A DNA stretch of 64,000 bases from an uncultured Methanoregulaceae archaeon (GCA_963701095.1 OY969564.1:2528001-2592000), one strand, 5' to 3'. Shown: positions 40,413-51,704, counted from the first letter of the stretch. Translations and numbers: made by a program. The notes: generated by a model not told the origin, from the letters alone.

Positions 40413-42149
40413 ATGGAAACTCCCAGCGATGTAAAACTCGGTCAGTTAACCAAGTACCTTTTCTCTGCCCCTTCATGGCCGGTATCCCTGATCATTCTCA
40501 TAGTCCTTGGCATTGTTATTGATGGTGCAAGTGCCCGTGCCTGGGTGTACGTGCCGTTCTCCGGAACTCTTGCATTTACTCTCCCGGCAATTGCAGCATT
40601 CCTTTTTACAAAACCGATTATCGAATATTCCGGCAAAACAATGACCTGGAACCGATCGGCACTTCTTGCGCTTGCCTGCACGATATTTGGCGTGATCATT
40701 ACATTCGCCTCGCTTGCCGGAGGTATCAGGTATCTTCCACTTTTCTATGGGATTTCCCTAGGTTTTGTTTTTGGGCTGCGGCTCTTTGTGCTGGTTGCGA
40801 TCTCCGATTACCGCCTGCATCGCATGATACTTCCTGCATTAAGTCAGAGCGGTATAGGTGTCATTGTCGGTGTCTTCCTTTTCTCTCCCGGGTGGGCGGT
40901 TTTTGCCATAGTCCTTCATATTGTCTTTGGCCTTGGCTTTGCGACACTCGTATGGCTGATCGAGCGTCCACTTTACCGTGCGTTCCACATACGGGGTCTT
41001 GCATTTGTCAATGCTTTTATTGCCAATATGACCGACGGTTCAAAAGAAATGGAGAATTTCTTTCGACAGATTGGCGAGGAGATTTTTGTCCCGCAGGTCT
41101 GTCTCTTCTTTAACCGGCAGCAAAAGAAACCACTGCTTTTTACCATCCCCAATCTCCATCCCGGTCCTATGGGTGAAATTGGTGGGGGCAATCTTCCCCG
41201 GGTCATCTATGACCATATGGAAGAAGAATCCATGGTTCCCCATGGGTGCGCTTCCCACGATTTTAATCTGGTTTCCGAAAGTGAGATCGATAAAGTGATT
41301 GAGGCAATCGAACGATCTAAAAAAGATCGTGTCTATACACCAGGTGCCACCCGTTCCTCCCGGCTTTCATTTGGTTCTGTTCAAATCCTGTACCAGCGGT
41401 TCGGCGATGCCGTATTAATGATCACCACCCGGTCACCCAAAATGACTGAGGATCTTGATTACTCAATCGGTATGGCTATCATGGCAGAAGGACACCGCTG
41501 GTTCCCGCATGTAGCTTTTGTGGATGCCCACAATTGCATGTGTGATCTATCCACTGCAGTACTGCCAGCTACCTTGACAGCAACAGAGTACCAGAATGGT
41601 GCGATACTTGCAATGGAAGCCAGTAGTACCAATGCGCTCGATCGGTTTTCTGTCGGCTATGCACATGAGCACCTGCCCTACTCGCGTGAACAGGGTTTTG
41701 GCGACCTTGGAATACAGGTTATGGTTGTAGAAACTTCAGGGCAGAAAACCGCTTACGTGCTCTTTGATGGCAATAACATGGCCGTCAGCGTCCGTGAAGT
41801 CCTGCTCAAGAAGATTCTCACGGTAGTCGATGAAGCAGAAGTGATGACCACCGATTCGCATGTAGTCAATACGATCACCGGGAAGAACCCGGTCGGAATG
41901 GAAGTGCCGGTAGAAGTGTTCCTTCCAGCAGTCATGCGCATCGTTCATGAGGCTATCGATGATCTTGAACCAGCCGAATGTGCAGCAACGACAGCACAAT
42001 GTGAACATATTGTTGTATTCGGTTCGAACCGGATTTCTCAGCTTGCGAGCACTGTAAACGCTATGCTTATCTTTGTCGCGCCACTTTCGCTTGCTATGCT
42101 GCTTCTGGCATTTTTTCTCTCTCTTGCAGCGTATGTGCTGATGGTATAA
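40413..42149 (+). CDS. DUF2070 family membrane protein
   Basis: Multiple N-terminal TMs; HPGP, PHG..SHDFN, DAHN, DGNNM and TTDSH motifs. Confidence 0.88.
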   Translation: METPSDVKLGQLTKYLFSAPSWPVSLIILIVLGIVIDGASARAWVYVPFSGTLAFTLPAIAAFLFTKPIIEYSGKTMTWNRSALLALACTIFGVIITFASLAGGIRYLPLFYGISLGFVFGLRLFVLVAISDYRLHRMILPALSQSGIGVIVGVFLFSPGWAVFAIVLHIVFGLGFATLVWLIERPLYRAFHIRGLAFVNAFIANMTDGSKEMENFFRQIGEEIFVPQVCLFFNRQQKKPLLFTIPNLHPGPMGEIGGGNLPRVIYDHMEEESMVPHGCASHDFNLVSESEIDKVIEAIERSKKDRVYTPGATRSSRLSFGSVQILYQRFGDAVLMITTRSPKMTEDLDYSIGMAIMAEGHRWFPHVAFVDAHNCMCDLSTAVLPATLTATEYQNGAILAMEASSTNALDRFSVGYAHEHLPYSREQGFGDLGIQVMVVETSGQKTAYVLFDGNNMAVSVREVLLKKILTVVDEAEVMTTDSHVVNTITGKNPVGMEVPVEVFLPAVMRIVHEAIDDLEPAECAATTAQCEHIVVFGSNRISQLASTVNAMLIFVAPLSLAMLLLAFFLSLAAYVLMV

Positions 42150-42473
42150 GATCGGCCGTTATAGGGTTTTGTCGGCAGAACCCTAGATTTAAATGGTATA
42201 TATTAAAAGTCAAAATTCTGCAGGTTAAATATAGAGAATATGTTTACACTATTCTTCTCTATTTTTTTGTTTGCAAATCTCCCAAAATATTCGTCCTATT
42301 CATAATCTCTCACGATTTATCATCTTTTTTTCGAATCCGGGGCCGTTTGACCGCAAGATTTAAAGGAATGGCGTGCGTATCGTCGTTTATAGCATAGGAG
42401 GAAAAGGAGATCGGATCTTTGCAATAATCCTGTAAAGGCAGTTTGTACCGCAGGCGAACTTGGTTAGGTTAAG

Positions 42474-43229
42474 GTGATCAAAGTTCATCCATCCGAACAC
42501 GTACCTGCCCGCTGGATTGGTGTTGATCTCAACACTACCGGTCATGCGGCCGTTGCCGCCGAACCTGAAAGCGGGAAAGTCCTGAAACTGGGAAAAAATG
42601 TACACTATGTCCGCAGCAGCTCCATCAAAAACTGTACGAAACTCTACAAGGAAGGAAAACTCTGGAAATTAAAAAAAGATAAAAGCCGTGAACGTAAAGC
42701 GTTTAAAGCGGCACTGAACAAAATCTCCCGGCAAATCGTATCCTTCGCGGAATCGCTTGGCTCGGGTATCAAATTTGAAAAGCTCTTCTCCAGCCGTTAC
42801 TCGCATGCCCACGATGCTGCGGGTTTCATCGAGTTCTCGTTTGGGAACGGATCGTTTTTCTCGCTCCAGCGGCTGGTTGAGAAAATGGCTCTGCGGCGGG
42901 GAATCCCGGTTATATATGTAAACCCGGCATATACCTCAAAACGGTGCAGTCGGTGCGGGAATATCGGGCGGCGTAGCAGGAAACATTTCGAATGCCCGCA
43001 TTGCGGTTTTGTTGCGCATGCCGATATAAACGCCGCTTTCAACATTGCCCTTACAACCCACCGGTTTGCCTCTCTGAATCTTCGTGAGGAAGAACAGGCA
43101 GAACGGTGTCGGTTCTCAAAAAAGCAGATGCGCCGGCTTGCACGCGAAGAGATAGTCACCCCTTATTACAGTCATCCGGGAATCGCGGAACCTACCCCGT
43201 GCGGAAATCTGCTTGCAGTTCTTGAGTAA
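42474..43229 (+). CDS. tnpB: Compact TnpB-like protein (RuvC plus zinc ribbon only)
   Basis: IGVDLN (RuvC-I), IKFEKL (RuvC-II), VNPAYTSKRCSRCG..FECPHCG, ADINAAFNI (RuvC-III). Confidence 0.85.
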   Translation: MIKVHPSEHVPARWIGVDLNTTGHAAVAAEPESGKVLKLGKNVHYVRSSSIKNCTKLYKEGKLWKLKKDKSRERKAFKAALNKISRQIVSFAESLGSGIKFEKLFSSRYSHAHDAAGFIEFSFGNGSFFSLQRLVEKMALRRGIPVIYVNPAYTSKRCSRCGNIGRRSRKHFECPHCGFVAHADINAAFNIALTTHRFASLNLREEEQAERCRFSKKQMRRLAREEIVTPYYSHPGIAEPTPCGNLLAVLE

Positions 43230-43432
43230 TGGAAAGCACTAATTTTTCTGATAATATCTGGTTGTATAAAGATCTGCCAAGTGCACCATAAGCTTCGTAA
43301 CCCTAAAAGATCGAATCCGAATGCTTATCACATTCCTTCGGGCAAATATATCTCTGCGATCAGGTGTACACTGATTATTACCAAGGGGCTTTACTTCCAC
43401 CTGGTATGGCAAAGGTGATGGAGGCTATTGAT

Positions 43433-44305
43433 ATGTTGCCTGAAAAATCAATTGAAAGGATACTTTTCCTCCAGAGAAACGAAATCACAGAACACCATAT
43501 CTACCTCAAAATTGCACAGGTCACACCGGATTCTCACAATCACGAGATCCTGACGCGGATCGCCTCAGAAGAATTGCAGCATTATAACATCTGGAAAAAA
43601 TACACGGGCCGTGATATAACTCCGGCATTTATCCGGATCTGGTTCTATTATCTTATTGCCCGCTTTTTCGGGATGACTTTTGCGATTCAATTGATGGAGG
43701 GTGTTGAACAGAGGGCACAGGTCAACGATGGTGAACTTCTCTCTTCCGTACCTGAAATACCGACTATGCTTGTGAATGAAGCAAAGCATGAGCAGGAGCT
43801 TATTGCTCTTATTGATGAGGAACGGCTCAGGTATGTGGGATCCGTTGTGCTAGGTCTCAACGATGCTCTTGTAGAATTTACCGGTACTTTAGCCGGGTTG
43901 ACATTTGCGATCCAGAATTCCCGGATCATTGCAATGGCCGGTTTAATTACAGGTATTGCTGCTTCACTTTCTATGGCGGCTTCAGAATATCTTTCACAGC
44001 GATCTGATCAAACAAGTGGCATGAGCCCGAAAAAAGCCTCAATCTATACCGGGGCAACGTATATTGTAACTGTTGCGCTTTTGATTCTACCTTTCCTGAT
44101 ATTTTCCAACCCCTACTTTGCACTTATTTTTACTCTTGTCGGTGCAGTCCTCATAATTTTCGTTTTTACCTTCTACATATCCGTTGCAAAAGATCTGTCC
44201 TTCTGGACACGTTTTTTCGAAATGGCTGCAATCAGTCTAGGTATTGCGGCAATATCCTTTGTCATAGGACTTTTAATCCGACTGGTGTTGAACGTCAAAA
44301 TGTGA
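43433..44305 (+). CDS. Rubrerythrin-like plus VIT1/CCC1 metal transporter
   Basis: EITEHHIY..EELQH ferritin-like motifs; VLGLNDALVE and SMAASEYLS; start uncertain. Confidence 0.88.
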   Translation: MLPEKSIERILFLQRNEITEHHIYLKIAQVTPDSHNHEILTRIASEELQHYNIWKKYTGRDITPAFIRIWFYYLIARFFGMTFAIQLMEGVEQRAQVNDGELLSSVPEIPTMLVNEAKHEQELIALIDEERLRYVGSVVLGLNDALVEFTGTLAGLTFAIQNSRIIAMAGLITGIAASLSMAASEYLSQRSDQTSGMSPKKASIYTGATYIVTVALLILPFLIFSNPYFALIFTLVGAVLIIFVFTFYISVAKDLSFWTRFFEMAAISLGIAAISFVIGLLIRLVLNVKM

Positions 44306-44459
44306 AAGGATCTGTAATTCTTCTTTTTTAACGCCAGTGTTGCCTCGCGTTAAACCTGAAACATTTTTCCTTGTTCTGGCGCCAGGTTGAGAAAGAGATG
44401 TGCTTTTTACCGATTACGACATTTATGAACATATCTGCCATCATTCCCCCGGTATTATC

Positions 44460-46603
44460 ATGAAGTTTGCCCCCCCAAGAATTAAATTCACCATAAGGGT
44501 GAAGATTCTTATTCTCTTTCTTGTTTTGTCACTTGCAGCTCTCGCTGTAACCGGATATTTTGCATTTTCTTCGATCAACAATGTGGGAGACTATGCAAAG
44601 AATAGTAGCGAGGTTTTGGGTGAAGGGGTGGCCAACAACAGTTCTGTTACACTGCTTTTTCTCGGTGAATCATATCTCGTCCGCACCACTGCTGATCAGG
44701 CAAATTTAACAGACGCATTATTTCAGGATACCGACAGTGAAATAGAGATCCTGGCAGCGCAGACTGCCGAACTCCAGCGTAATCCTCCGGTGCAATCTTC
44801 TCTGCCAACGTATCCAGAAAGTAATCCTCCGGCTAATTCAAGTTCCGGAGCGGTACTTTTTTTTGCCCCGGGAGCGACAGCCACTCCGGGCTCTGAAGAG
44901 GCACGTACCCTTACCGGGCTCGCCGATAATCTCAAGGCTGTATATAATGCCGACACGGAAATGACTGGTGTCTACATAGCGACCGATTCCGGGATGCTCC
45001 TATTCTATCCGGGAGTAGGTAATTTCCCTACAGGGTTCGATCCTCGCACCCGGGAATGGTTTTTTAAGGCCAAAGGCAGGTCAGGTCCGGTCTGGTCCGA
45101 AAAGCCATATTTCGACGCGGCGTTCAGTAGCAATCTGATTATGACCTGTTCAGAGGCAGTTTCAAGCCCCGATTACGGAACCTGGGTCATTGGCTCCGAT
45201 GTATCAACAAAAACGATCGATGAAGATTATATCGGCCAGACACTTGGCAACGACGGTTATGCTGTCCTCCTCAACGAAAAGGGGGATGTGATCAGTAGTC
45301 CTGAACAGTCGCCCGGCGAAAAAAAATGGGACGATCAGTTTATCCCGGTAAATGCATTCTCGATCAATAACTCGGTATCAGTGACGTCGCTGAAAACATG
45401 ACCTCTGGGTTGTCAGGTACAGCCAAGGTCTCGTATAACGGAACTGAAATATATGTCGCGTATGCACCGGTCAGGTCAATGAACTGGAGTCTTGCGCTCT
45501 CCCTCCCGGCAAGCCAGATACTGGGGCCCGTCGAGATATTTACCGATACGATTAATACCTCAACTCAGGGAACAGAGAATGACATCGATACCCAGACGAA
45601 ATTGTTCGGAACCGTTTTCTCCATTCTTTTTGTCGTGATTCTGCTTGTTGTGTTTTTGGTTTCTGTTGTTCTCAGCCGGGTGATAACCCGGCCCGTTTCC
45701 ACGCTCAAAAAAGGAACCGCAGCTCTGAGTAAAGGCGATCTGGATTTCCGGGTTTCCATTCACTCGGGCGACGAATTCGAGGATCTTGCCCATTCATTTA
45801 ACCAGATGGCATCAGCGCTTAAAGATAACATCGAAAATCTCAGGAAAACAACTGCGGAAAAGGAGCGGTATGCAAAAGAACTGGAAATTGCCCGAAGCAT
45901 CCAGACCAGCTTCCTTCCTGAAAATATGCCGGAAATTGCTGGTTATGATATTTCTGCAGTGATGATCCCGGCGATGGAAGTCGGCGGGGATTTCTATGAT
46001 TTTATTCCGGCAGGAGAAGGGAAATGGGCGTTTATCGTGGCTGATGTATCAGGGAAAGGTGTAAGTGCTGCACTTTTCATGGCAATGTCCCGTACGCTAT
46101 TACGAGCGAGTCTTGAAGGTACTACGAATCTGTCAGGTGCTCTCAGCGCTGCAAATCGCATGATCGCACAGAATGCGCCATCCGGCATGTTCGTTACGGT
46201 GTTTTCAGCACTTCTTGATCCGGTGAATAGGACTCTGACCAGCATAAATGCCGGCCATAACCCCCCTATTGTAGTTCGTAGTGGTGGCGGGGAGCCGGTA
46301 TTTCTCAAAGAAGATGGCATCGCGATGGGTGTTCTTACTGAAATGAGGAGTACCCCGGATCAGATAGATCTTGGACCTGGAGACCTCGTAATCTTGTATA
46401 CGGACGGCGTAACAGAGGCATTTGATGCCCGGTATACCGCATTCGGCGAAGAAAGGCTGGCAGGAATTGTAAAAAAGTATCAGACCCTCCCTGCAAGCAC
46501 AGTGATGGAAAGAATTATTTCGGGGATCAGGGAGTTTACTGGTTCAGCCCCCCAATCAGATGATATTACCCTTGTAGTTATCAGGGTGCTACCCAAATCC
46601 TGA
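44460..46603 (+). CDS. Cache-HAMP-SpoIIE (PP2C) sensor phosphatase; frameshift at ~45371
   Basis: TM, FDPRTREWF Cache motif, HAMP (DEFEDLAHSFNQM), VGGDFYD, ADVSGKG, NAGH, YTDGVTE and DDIT motifs. Confidence 0.9.
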
Positions 46604-46673
46604 TTCAAGACACTACCGTCTCTGCATTGTGCTGGTAAAAAGACCCCATTACCAAAAAACAAACAGGGAGCCC

Positions 46674-46958
46674 TTATTCTTCTGTAGGTTGTGGCTCCAT
46701 TTTCTCTTCGATGGGTGGTGTCGTCCAGACTTTCCAGCAGAACCCGGCTACACATCCGATTACAAAGATGACGAGGAGGATTGCACTAACAATATTTTCT
46801 GTAAAATCCATACCGACAGGAATTGCCATGCCCATCAGATTGTTAAATGCACCGATGAACATTGCCGCTACAAGAAATAAAATAAATCCGACGATAATTC
46901 CCAGAAATACTGCTGCAATTAACCGCAAAAGGCTTGGAGTTGTGGTTTTCTCATTCAT
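46674..46958 (-). CDS. Small two-TM membrane protein
   Basis: Two hydrophobic helices; TTTATA upstream on the minus strand. Confidence 0.7.
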   Translation of the reverse strand: MNEKTTTPSLLRLIAAVFLGIIVGFILFLVAAMFIGAFNNLMGMAIPVGMDFTENIVSAILLVIFVIGCVAGFCWKVWTTPPIEEKMEPQPTEE

Positions 46959-47094
46959 AATCTAAGGGTAAATCTGCCCCTATAAAACCTTATTGCCCCT
47001 TTAAATCGTTGAAAATGCATCCGGAATCTAAAAAGCACCAATAAAGGCTTATGTTTATATCGCGGTATGGTAAAATGTCTATTATAGGAACGCT

Positions 47095-47556
47095 ATGAAA
47101 AAAAACATCTTTTACCTGATTACCGGTGTTGTTGCATTAATACTTGTTGCGATCTTCTGGTATTCTATTGAAAATTTTATTCCTGTTCTTTTTACAATCG
47201 CTTTTGTAATAGGGGTTATTCTTCTCTATCTGGTTTACCGCAAAGTAGAAGATTTTGTCGAGGATGAACGAAGTGCCAGGATCACCGAGAAGGCTGCGAT
47301 GAGAACCCTTCAGGTTTTCTGGGTATGTTTCTGCGCTTTTTCAATCCTGGCTGTGATGAACCTGCTTTATTTGCCTCGTTTTTCCCGCGAATTCTTTTTA
47401 GATCGAAGCGCAATGATAGTTCCTCCCATGCTGATGTCACCGAAAATAATAGGATATACTCAGTTATTGCTTCTCTGCCTGATGATTTTCCTCTATGTCG
47501 GGTTCCGAATCTACTATGCAAGAAAATTCGGGGAATGGGAGACTGATGAAGAATAA
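47095..47556 (+). CDS. DUF2178 family membrane protein
   Basis: EDERS.RI.EKAAMRTLQVF motif; TMs; precedes an XRE gene. Confidence 0.8.
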   Translation: MKKNIFYLITGVVALILVAIFWYSIENFIPVLFTIAFVIGVILLYLVYRKVEDFVEDERSARITEKAAMRTLQVFWVCFCAFSILAVMNLLYLPRFSREFFLDRSAMIVPPMLMSPKIIGYTQLLLLCLMIFLYVGFRIYYARKFGEWETDEE

Positions 47557-47766
47557 AATAAAGGTTTACCGTGCAATGCAGGATCTCACACAGGAGGATC
47601 TCAGCTGAAAGCTATTGGCGTGACAAGGCAGACAATCCTTGCGATCGAAAAAGGAAAGTACATCCCTTCCCTGGATCTTGCATTCAGGATTTCACGTTAT
47701 TTTAAAGTGAATATTGAAGAAGTCTTCTCTTACGATGAGCGAGTCAGAACTATAGATATTGACTAA
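47546..47766 (+). CDS. XRE-family HTH regulator; two extra bases near 47602-47611, missing from the ORF track
   Basis: MKNKIKVYRAMQDLTQEDL/AE/AIGVTRQTILAIEKGKYIPSLDLAFRISRYFKVNIEEVF. Confidence 0.85.
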
Positions 47767-48306
47767 AATCCGGTTAAAAGCACGGAATTTCTGATTTCGA
47801 CAAATTTCCTTATCTTTGGTTAGCCATCTTTTGAATATATTTTTCTCTCTCGAAGAGGACCCCTGTTTTGATTAGGTGTTGGATCTTTTCGGGCAGTTAT
47901 CAAATGAGAAGGTATAAGTTACAAAATGTCTAATATAGGTTACATTATGTTAAGGGATTATCCATCTCCCTGATCAGATCTGGCAGGTCATCTCAATGAA
48001 AGCCCCGGTACTTTATTATGCTGTATTAGCTGCATTCTGTCTTGTAGCATTATCCGTCGGTACATTCGATCATCTGGGTGTTATTATCTGATTTTTCTTT
48101 CATTTGTAAAATACAATTTTCTCTTTAAGCCAGATATTGTTTCAACTGCCCTAAGAGAAATGTATTTATAACGTTGAGTATAAATTAATTAACAATAAGT
48201 AAAACATACATTACATTAAGATTCGTTTATGACCTCTCGTAAATGCGCGAATGGTATATTAATGAACTCGTTCACTTAACTTTTGATTGTTAAAAATGGA
48301 GTAATT

Positions 48307-49674
48307 ATGAAGATTTATACAGCTTTTATTGGCTTACTAATGATTTGCCTGATGGTTGGTGCTGTAAGTGCTGCTGGCGGGGCCAGCACAAGCACTAGTA
48401 CCAGTTCTGTCAGTGCATCAACTACAACATTGTCTGCTGAACAGGCATTGTCACAGGTTTTCGTGAGTTCTGTCTCCGTAGACCCGCAGGAATTGTATCC
48501 CGGTGAACAGGGAATCATCACGGTTCAGTTGACAAATACCGGAACCCAGGATGTTCCCTTTGAACATGCAGATATTCTCAATTCCCAAAACGTCTTCATC
48601 CCGGATGAAACTCTCAACCCTTATCAGGTTATGACCTATCTTGGGCCCAGCAATACGATGACTTACACGTTTCAGGTTGTGGCAAAACCTCCTGATGGAA
48701 TATACTACCCGGAGTTTAGTGTATCATCACCTGGGACCAACAGTATCATCTACCCCATTGAGGTTCAGGTATCTTCAACACCGATTGAAGAAGCGATTTC
48801 TCTGAGACCTGATAATTTTGCCCTTAACAGCACAGATATGGTCAATCTTACCATCACGAATCCTCGTGTTGGTGCCATCAGCAATATCATTGTAACACCT
48901 ACCGGTTCAGGTTTCGGGATCAGTCCTCGCCAGTCCTTTGTCGCCTCTATACCCGGTGGCAGTTCAGTTGATGTCCCGTTTGCCATTACCCCTTATACAG
49001 CAGGATCGACAGTGAATTTCGGTATAGCATACAGCAATGGGCAGATTATCAAGAATCCTCATGAGGATACAGTTTCCTTACCCCTCAATATAGGTTCAAG
49101 CAAAACCGCTGCATCCACGGTTGTAAATGATCTGGCACTCACCGTTGTAAATGGGGCATACCAGTTGACCGGTGACGTGACCAACACAGGAATAACCGAT
49201 GCAAACGGCCTCGTAGTTTCTGTTGGAGCGCCGGCAACACCGGTTGAGCCCTATTCCAGTTATGCGGTCGGCTCCCTGACGTCGAATGATTTCTCCAGCT
49301 TTACGCTCACCTTTACCAGTTCTGATCTATCAGCAATTCCGATCGAAACCCAATGGAAGGACGATAACGGTAATACACTGAGTTCTGTGCAGACGTTTGA
49401 TCTCCGCTCCCTTGCCTCCGGATTAGCGACTGGCACGAGAAGCGGTAGTTCTATTGGATCCGGTTCAGGTACGACAGGAACTACTGGTGCAAGTGCAGCT
49501 GCAGGAGGATATGGGGGAGCACGTGGTGGTGGCGGCCTGCTGGGCTTCGGTGGCGGCCGGGGCGGCGGCCTGAGCGCGTTCTATCCGGTGATAATTGGTG
49601 GAATTGTCTTTATCGTCGCGGTCATACTCTACGTGAAGAGGAAATGGATCCTCGGAAAAATCAGGAAGCAGTAA
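48307..49674 (+). CDS. COG1361-like S-layer-domain protein associated with an ABC exporter
   Basis: Signal peptide, Ig-like beta-rich repeats, Gly-rich linker, C-terminal TM plus basic tail. Confidence 0.8.
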   Translation: MKIYTAFIGLLMICLMVGAVSAAGGASTSTSTSSVSASTTTLSAEQALSQVFVSSVSVDPQELYPGEQGIITVQLTNTGTQDVPFEHADILNSQNVFIPDETLNPYQVMTYLGPSNTMTYTFQVVAKPPDGIYYPEFSVSSPGTNSIIYPIEVQVSSTPIEEAISLRPDNFALNSTDMVNLTITNPRVGAISNIIVTPTGSGFGISPRQSFVASIPGGSSVDVPFAITPYTAGSTVNFGIAYSNGQIIKNPHEDTVSLPLNIGSSKTAASTVVNDLALTVVNGAYQLTGDVTNTGITDANGLVVSVGAPATPVEPYSSYAVGSLTSNDFSSFTLTFTSSDLSAIPIETQWKDDNGNTLSSVQTFDLRSLASGLATGTRSGSSIGSGSGTTGTTGASAAAGGYGGARGGGGLLGFGGGRGGGLSAFYPVIIGGIVFIVAVILYVKRKWILGKIRKQ

Positions 49675-49688
49675 TCTGGTGATCGTAC

Positions 49689-50366
49689 ATGAGCGATATG
49701 CCACTTATCCGGCTTACTGATGTCTCAAAAATTTATCATCTGGAGAGTGGTGACTACACGGCGCTCGACCATGTATCTCTCGATATTGCAGAGAACGAAT
49801 TTGTTGCAATTATGGGACCATCAGGTTCTGGTAAATCGACGATGATGAACCAGCTTGGTATTCTTGATGTGCCGTCAACCGGAGAACTCTATATCTCCGG
49901 TCAGAATGTGGCAAAAATGTCAAGCCTCGAACGGACCCATATGCGCCGTGATATAATCGGGTATGTGTTCCAGAAATTTTATCTGATCCCGCTCCTTTCC
50001 GCATACGAAAATGTGGAGTACCCTCTTATCCTTAAATACAAAAAGCGGGACACCTCAGGACGGGCAGCTGAATATCTCAAGGCGGTTGGCATTGATCCTG
50101 AAATGGGAGCCCACCGGCCTAATCAGCTTTCAGGAGGTCAGCAGCAGCGTGTAGCTATTGCACGGGCTCTCGTCAACGATCCAAAAATCCTCCTCTGTGA
50201 TGAACCCACCGGCAATCTCGACAGCAAGACCGGTCTCCAGATTATGGAGATTCTCTGTGATCTGCACCGAAAGGGTAAGACGGTTATCATTGTGACGCAC
50301 GATCCAAATATTGCAGAATACGCACAACGGACAATCCGTCTTGCCGACGGAAAGGTCGTGGCCTGA
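49689..50366 (+). CDS. ABC transporter ATP-binding protein (LolD/MacB type)
   Basis: GPSGSGKS, LSGGQQQRVAIARAL and DEPTGNLD motifs. Confidence 0.95.
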   Translation: MSDMPLIRLTDVSKIYHLESGDYTALDHVSLDIAENEFVAIMGPSGSGKSTMMNQLGILDVPSTGELYISGQNVAKMSSLERTHMRRDIIGYVFQKFYLIPLLSAYENVEYPLILKYKKRDTSGRAAEYLKAVGIDPEMGAHRPNQLSGGQQQRVAIARALVNDPKILLCDEPTGNLDSKTGLQIMEILCDLHRKGKTVIIVTHDPNIAEYAQRTIRLADGKVVA

Positions 50367-51556
50367 TGAGAGATATCTTCTTCGATCTCTCAGTCCGGAG
50401 TGTCAGGCTGAATTTCCTGCGCTCGCTTCTTGCTTCTATCGGGATCGTTATCGGCGTCGTTGCTATCTCCTCTATGGGCATGCTCGGGACAAACATGCAA
50501 CTATCGGTTAAGGACCAGCTTTCGGCAGATGTCAATACGATTATGCTCTCATCTGACGTTGTGAAAATAAGCACCGGTCTTGGCGCTGCGCCTACTTCGA
50601 GTACCATTGATCAAAGTACACTTAATGATATCAAAGGTTCAGTGGGACAGAATGATGTGATACCGATCCATCATACGAGTGTCCAGTTCAGTGTTGGTGA
50701 CCAGAATGGTCGGGGATCGATCTATGGTCTTGACCCTAGTGATGTCCCGAAATTTCTCACTATAGCTCAAGGTTCGAACATCCGGGGTAGTGATGTTCTG
50801 GTCGGCGCAACCATTGCCCAGAACTTCAACCTTGTCGTCGGTAGTACAATACAGATCGGACAGAAATGTGCGACCGTCGTACGCCCGGTGGTACGAGTAG
50901 CCGGTATCCTTCAGGCTCGGGGCATTGCAGCCGATGGCGTTAACGTTGATAATGGAATGATAGTTGACGATACATGGTATACAGATCATTTCGGCGGCCT
51001 TGACCAGTATGACCAGGTTAACGTCGTCATGGCAGATGTCTCCCAAATTAATGAGACGGAAGCAGCAATCAACGCCAAAGTAAACAGGAACAGCGACGTT
51101 GTGAGGGTATCTGATGCAAGTTCCCGGCTGTCTACTATCTCCAATACGCTTGGCACAATTACCACCTTCATCATGGCGATCGGTGGTATTTCCCTCGTGG
51201 TCGCTGCTGTGAGTATATTTAATGTCATGATGATGTCAGTCAAGGAACGAGTCCAGGAAATCGGTATCCTGCTCTCAATCGGCACTGAGAAAGGCGAAGT
51301 GCGCCGGATGTTCCTCTACGAAGCCCTCATCTTGGGCCTTATTGGTGCGGTGGTGGGCGGAATCATGAGCTTCATTATCGGTTACTCGGTCGTAAGCGCT
51401 ATGATCGGTACAACTCAGTACTTCTTCACTATGGACAGCCTGATCTATATCCCATATGGAATGATCATCGGTGTTGTTGTCTGTGTGGCATCCGGGATGT
51501 ATCCGGCGTGGGCTGCGTCAAACATGGACCCGATCGATGCCCTCAGAGCCGACTAA
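50366..51556 (+). CDS. ABC transporter permease (MacB/FtsX type)
   Basis: RSLLASIGIVIGV, SVKERVQEIGI and YPAWAASNMDPIDALR motifs. Confidence 0.93.
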   Translation: MRDIFFDLSVRSVRLNFLRSLLASIGIVIGVVAISSMGMLGTNMQLSVKDQLSADVNTIMLSSDVVKISTGLGAAPTSSTIDQSTLNDIKGSVGQNDVIPIHHTSVQFSVGDQNGRGSIYGLDPSDVPKFLTIAQGSNIRGSDVLVGATIAQNFNLVVGSTIQIGQKCATVVRPVVRVAGILQARGIAADGVNVDNGMIVDDTWYTDHFGGLDQYDQVNVVMADVSQINETEAAINAKVNRNSDVVRVSDASSRLSTISNTLGTITTFIMAIGGISLVVAAVSIFNVMMMSVKERVQEIGILLSIGTEKGEVRRMFLYEALILGLIGAVVGGIMSFIIGYSVVSAMIGTTQYFFTMDSLIYIPYGMIIGVVVCVASGMYPAWAASNMDPIDALRAD

Positions 51557-51704
51557 CATATCTATCTTTTTCTTCATTTCGCTCTCAATATCGGTTAATA
51601 TACCGGTATATCCGATCAGGAATCGCATAGGTACCAGGTTACTCTTCAATATCCGGTGATACTTTAATGAATCTGATCGTTCAAGGATTTCATGTGAATG
51701 ATGC

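Noticed and set aside
42180..43360. Intact IS200/IS605 insertion sequence
   Set aside because: No tnpA, no recognisable subterminal hairpins, and TnpB lacks its N-terminal lobe
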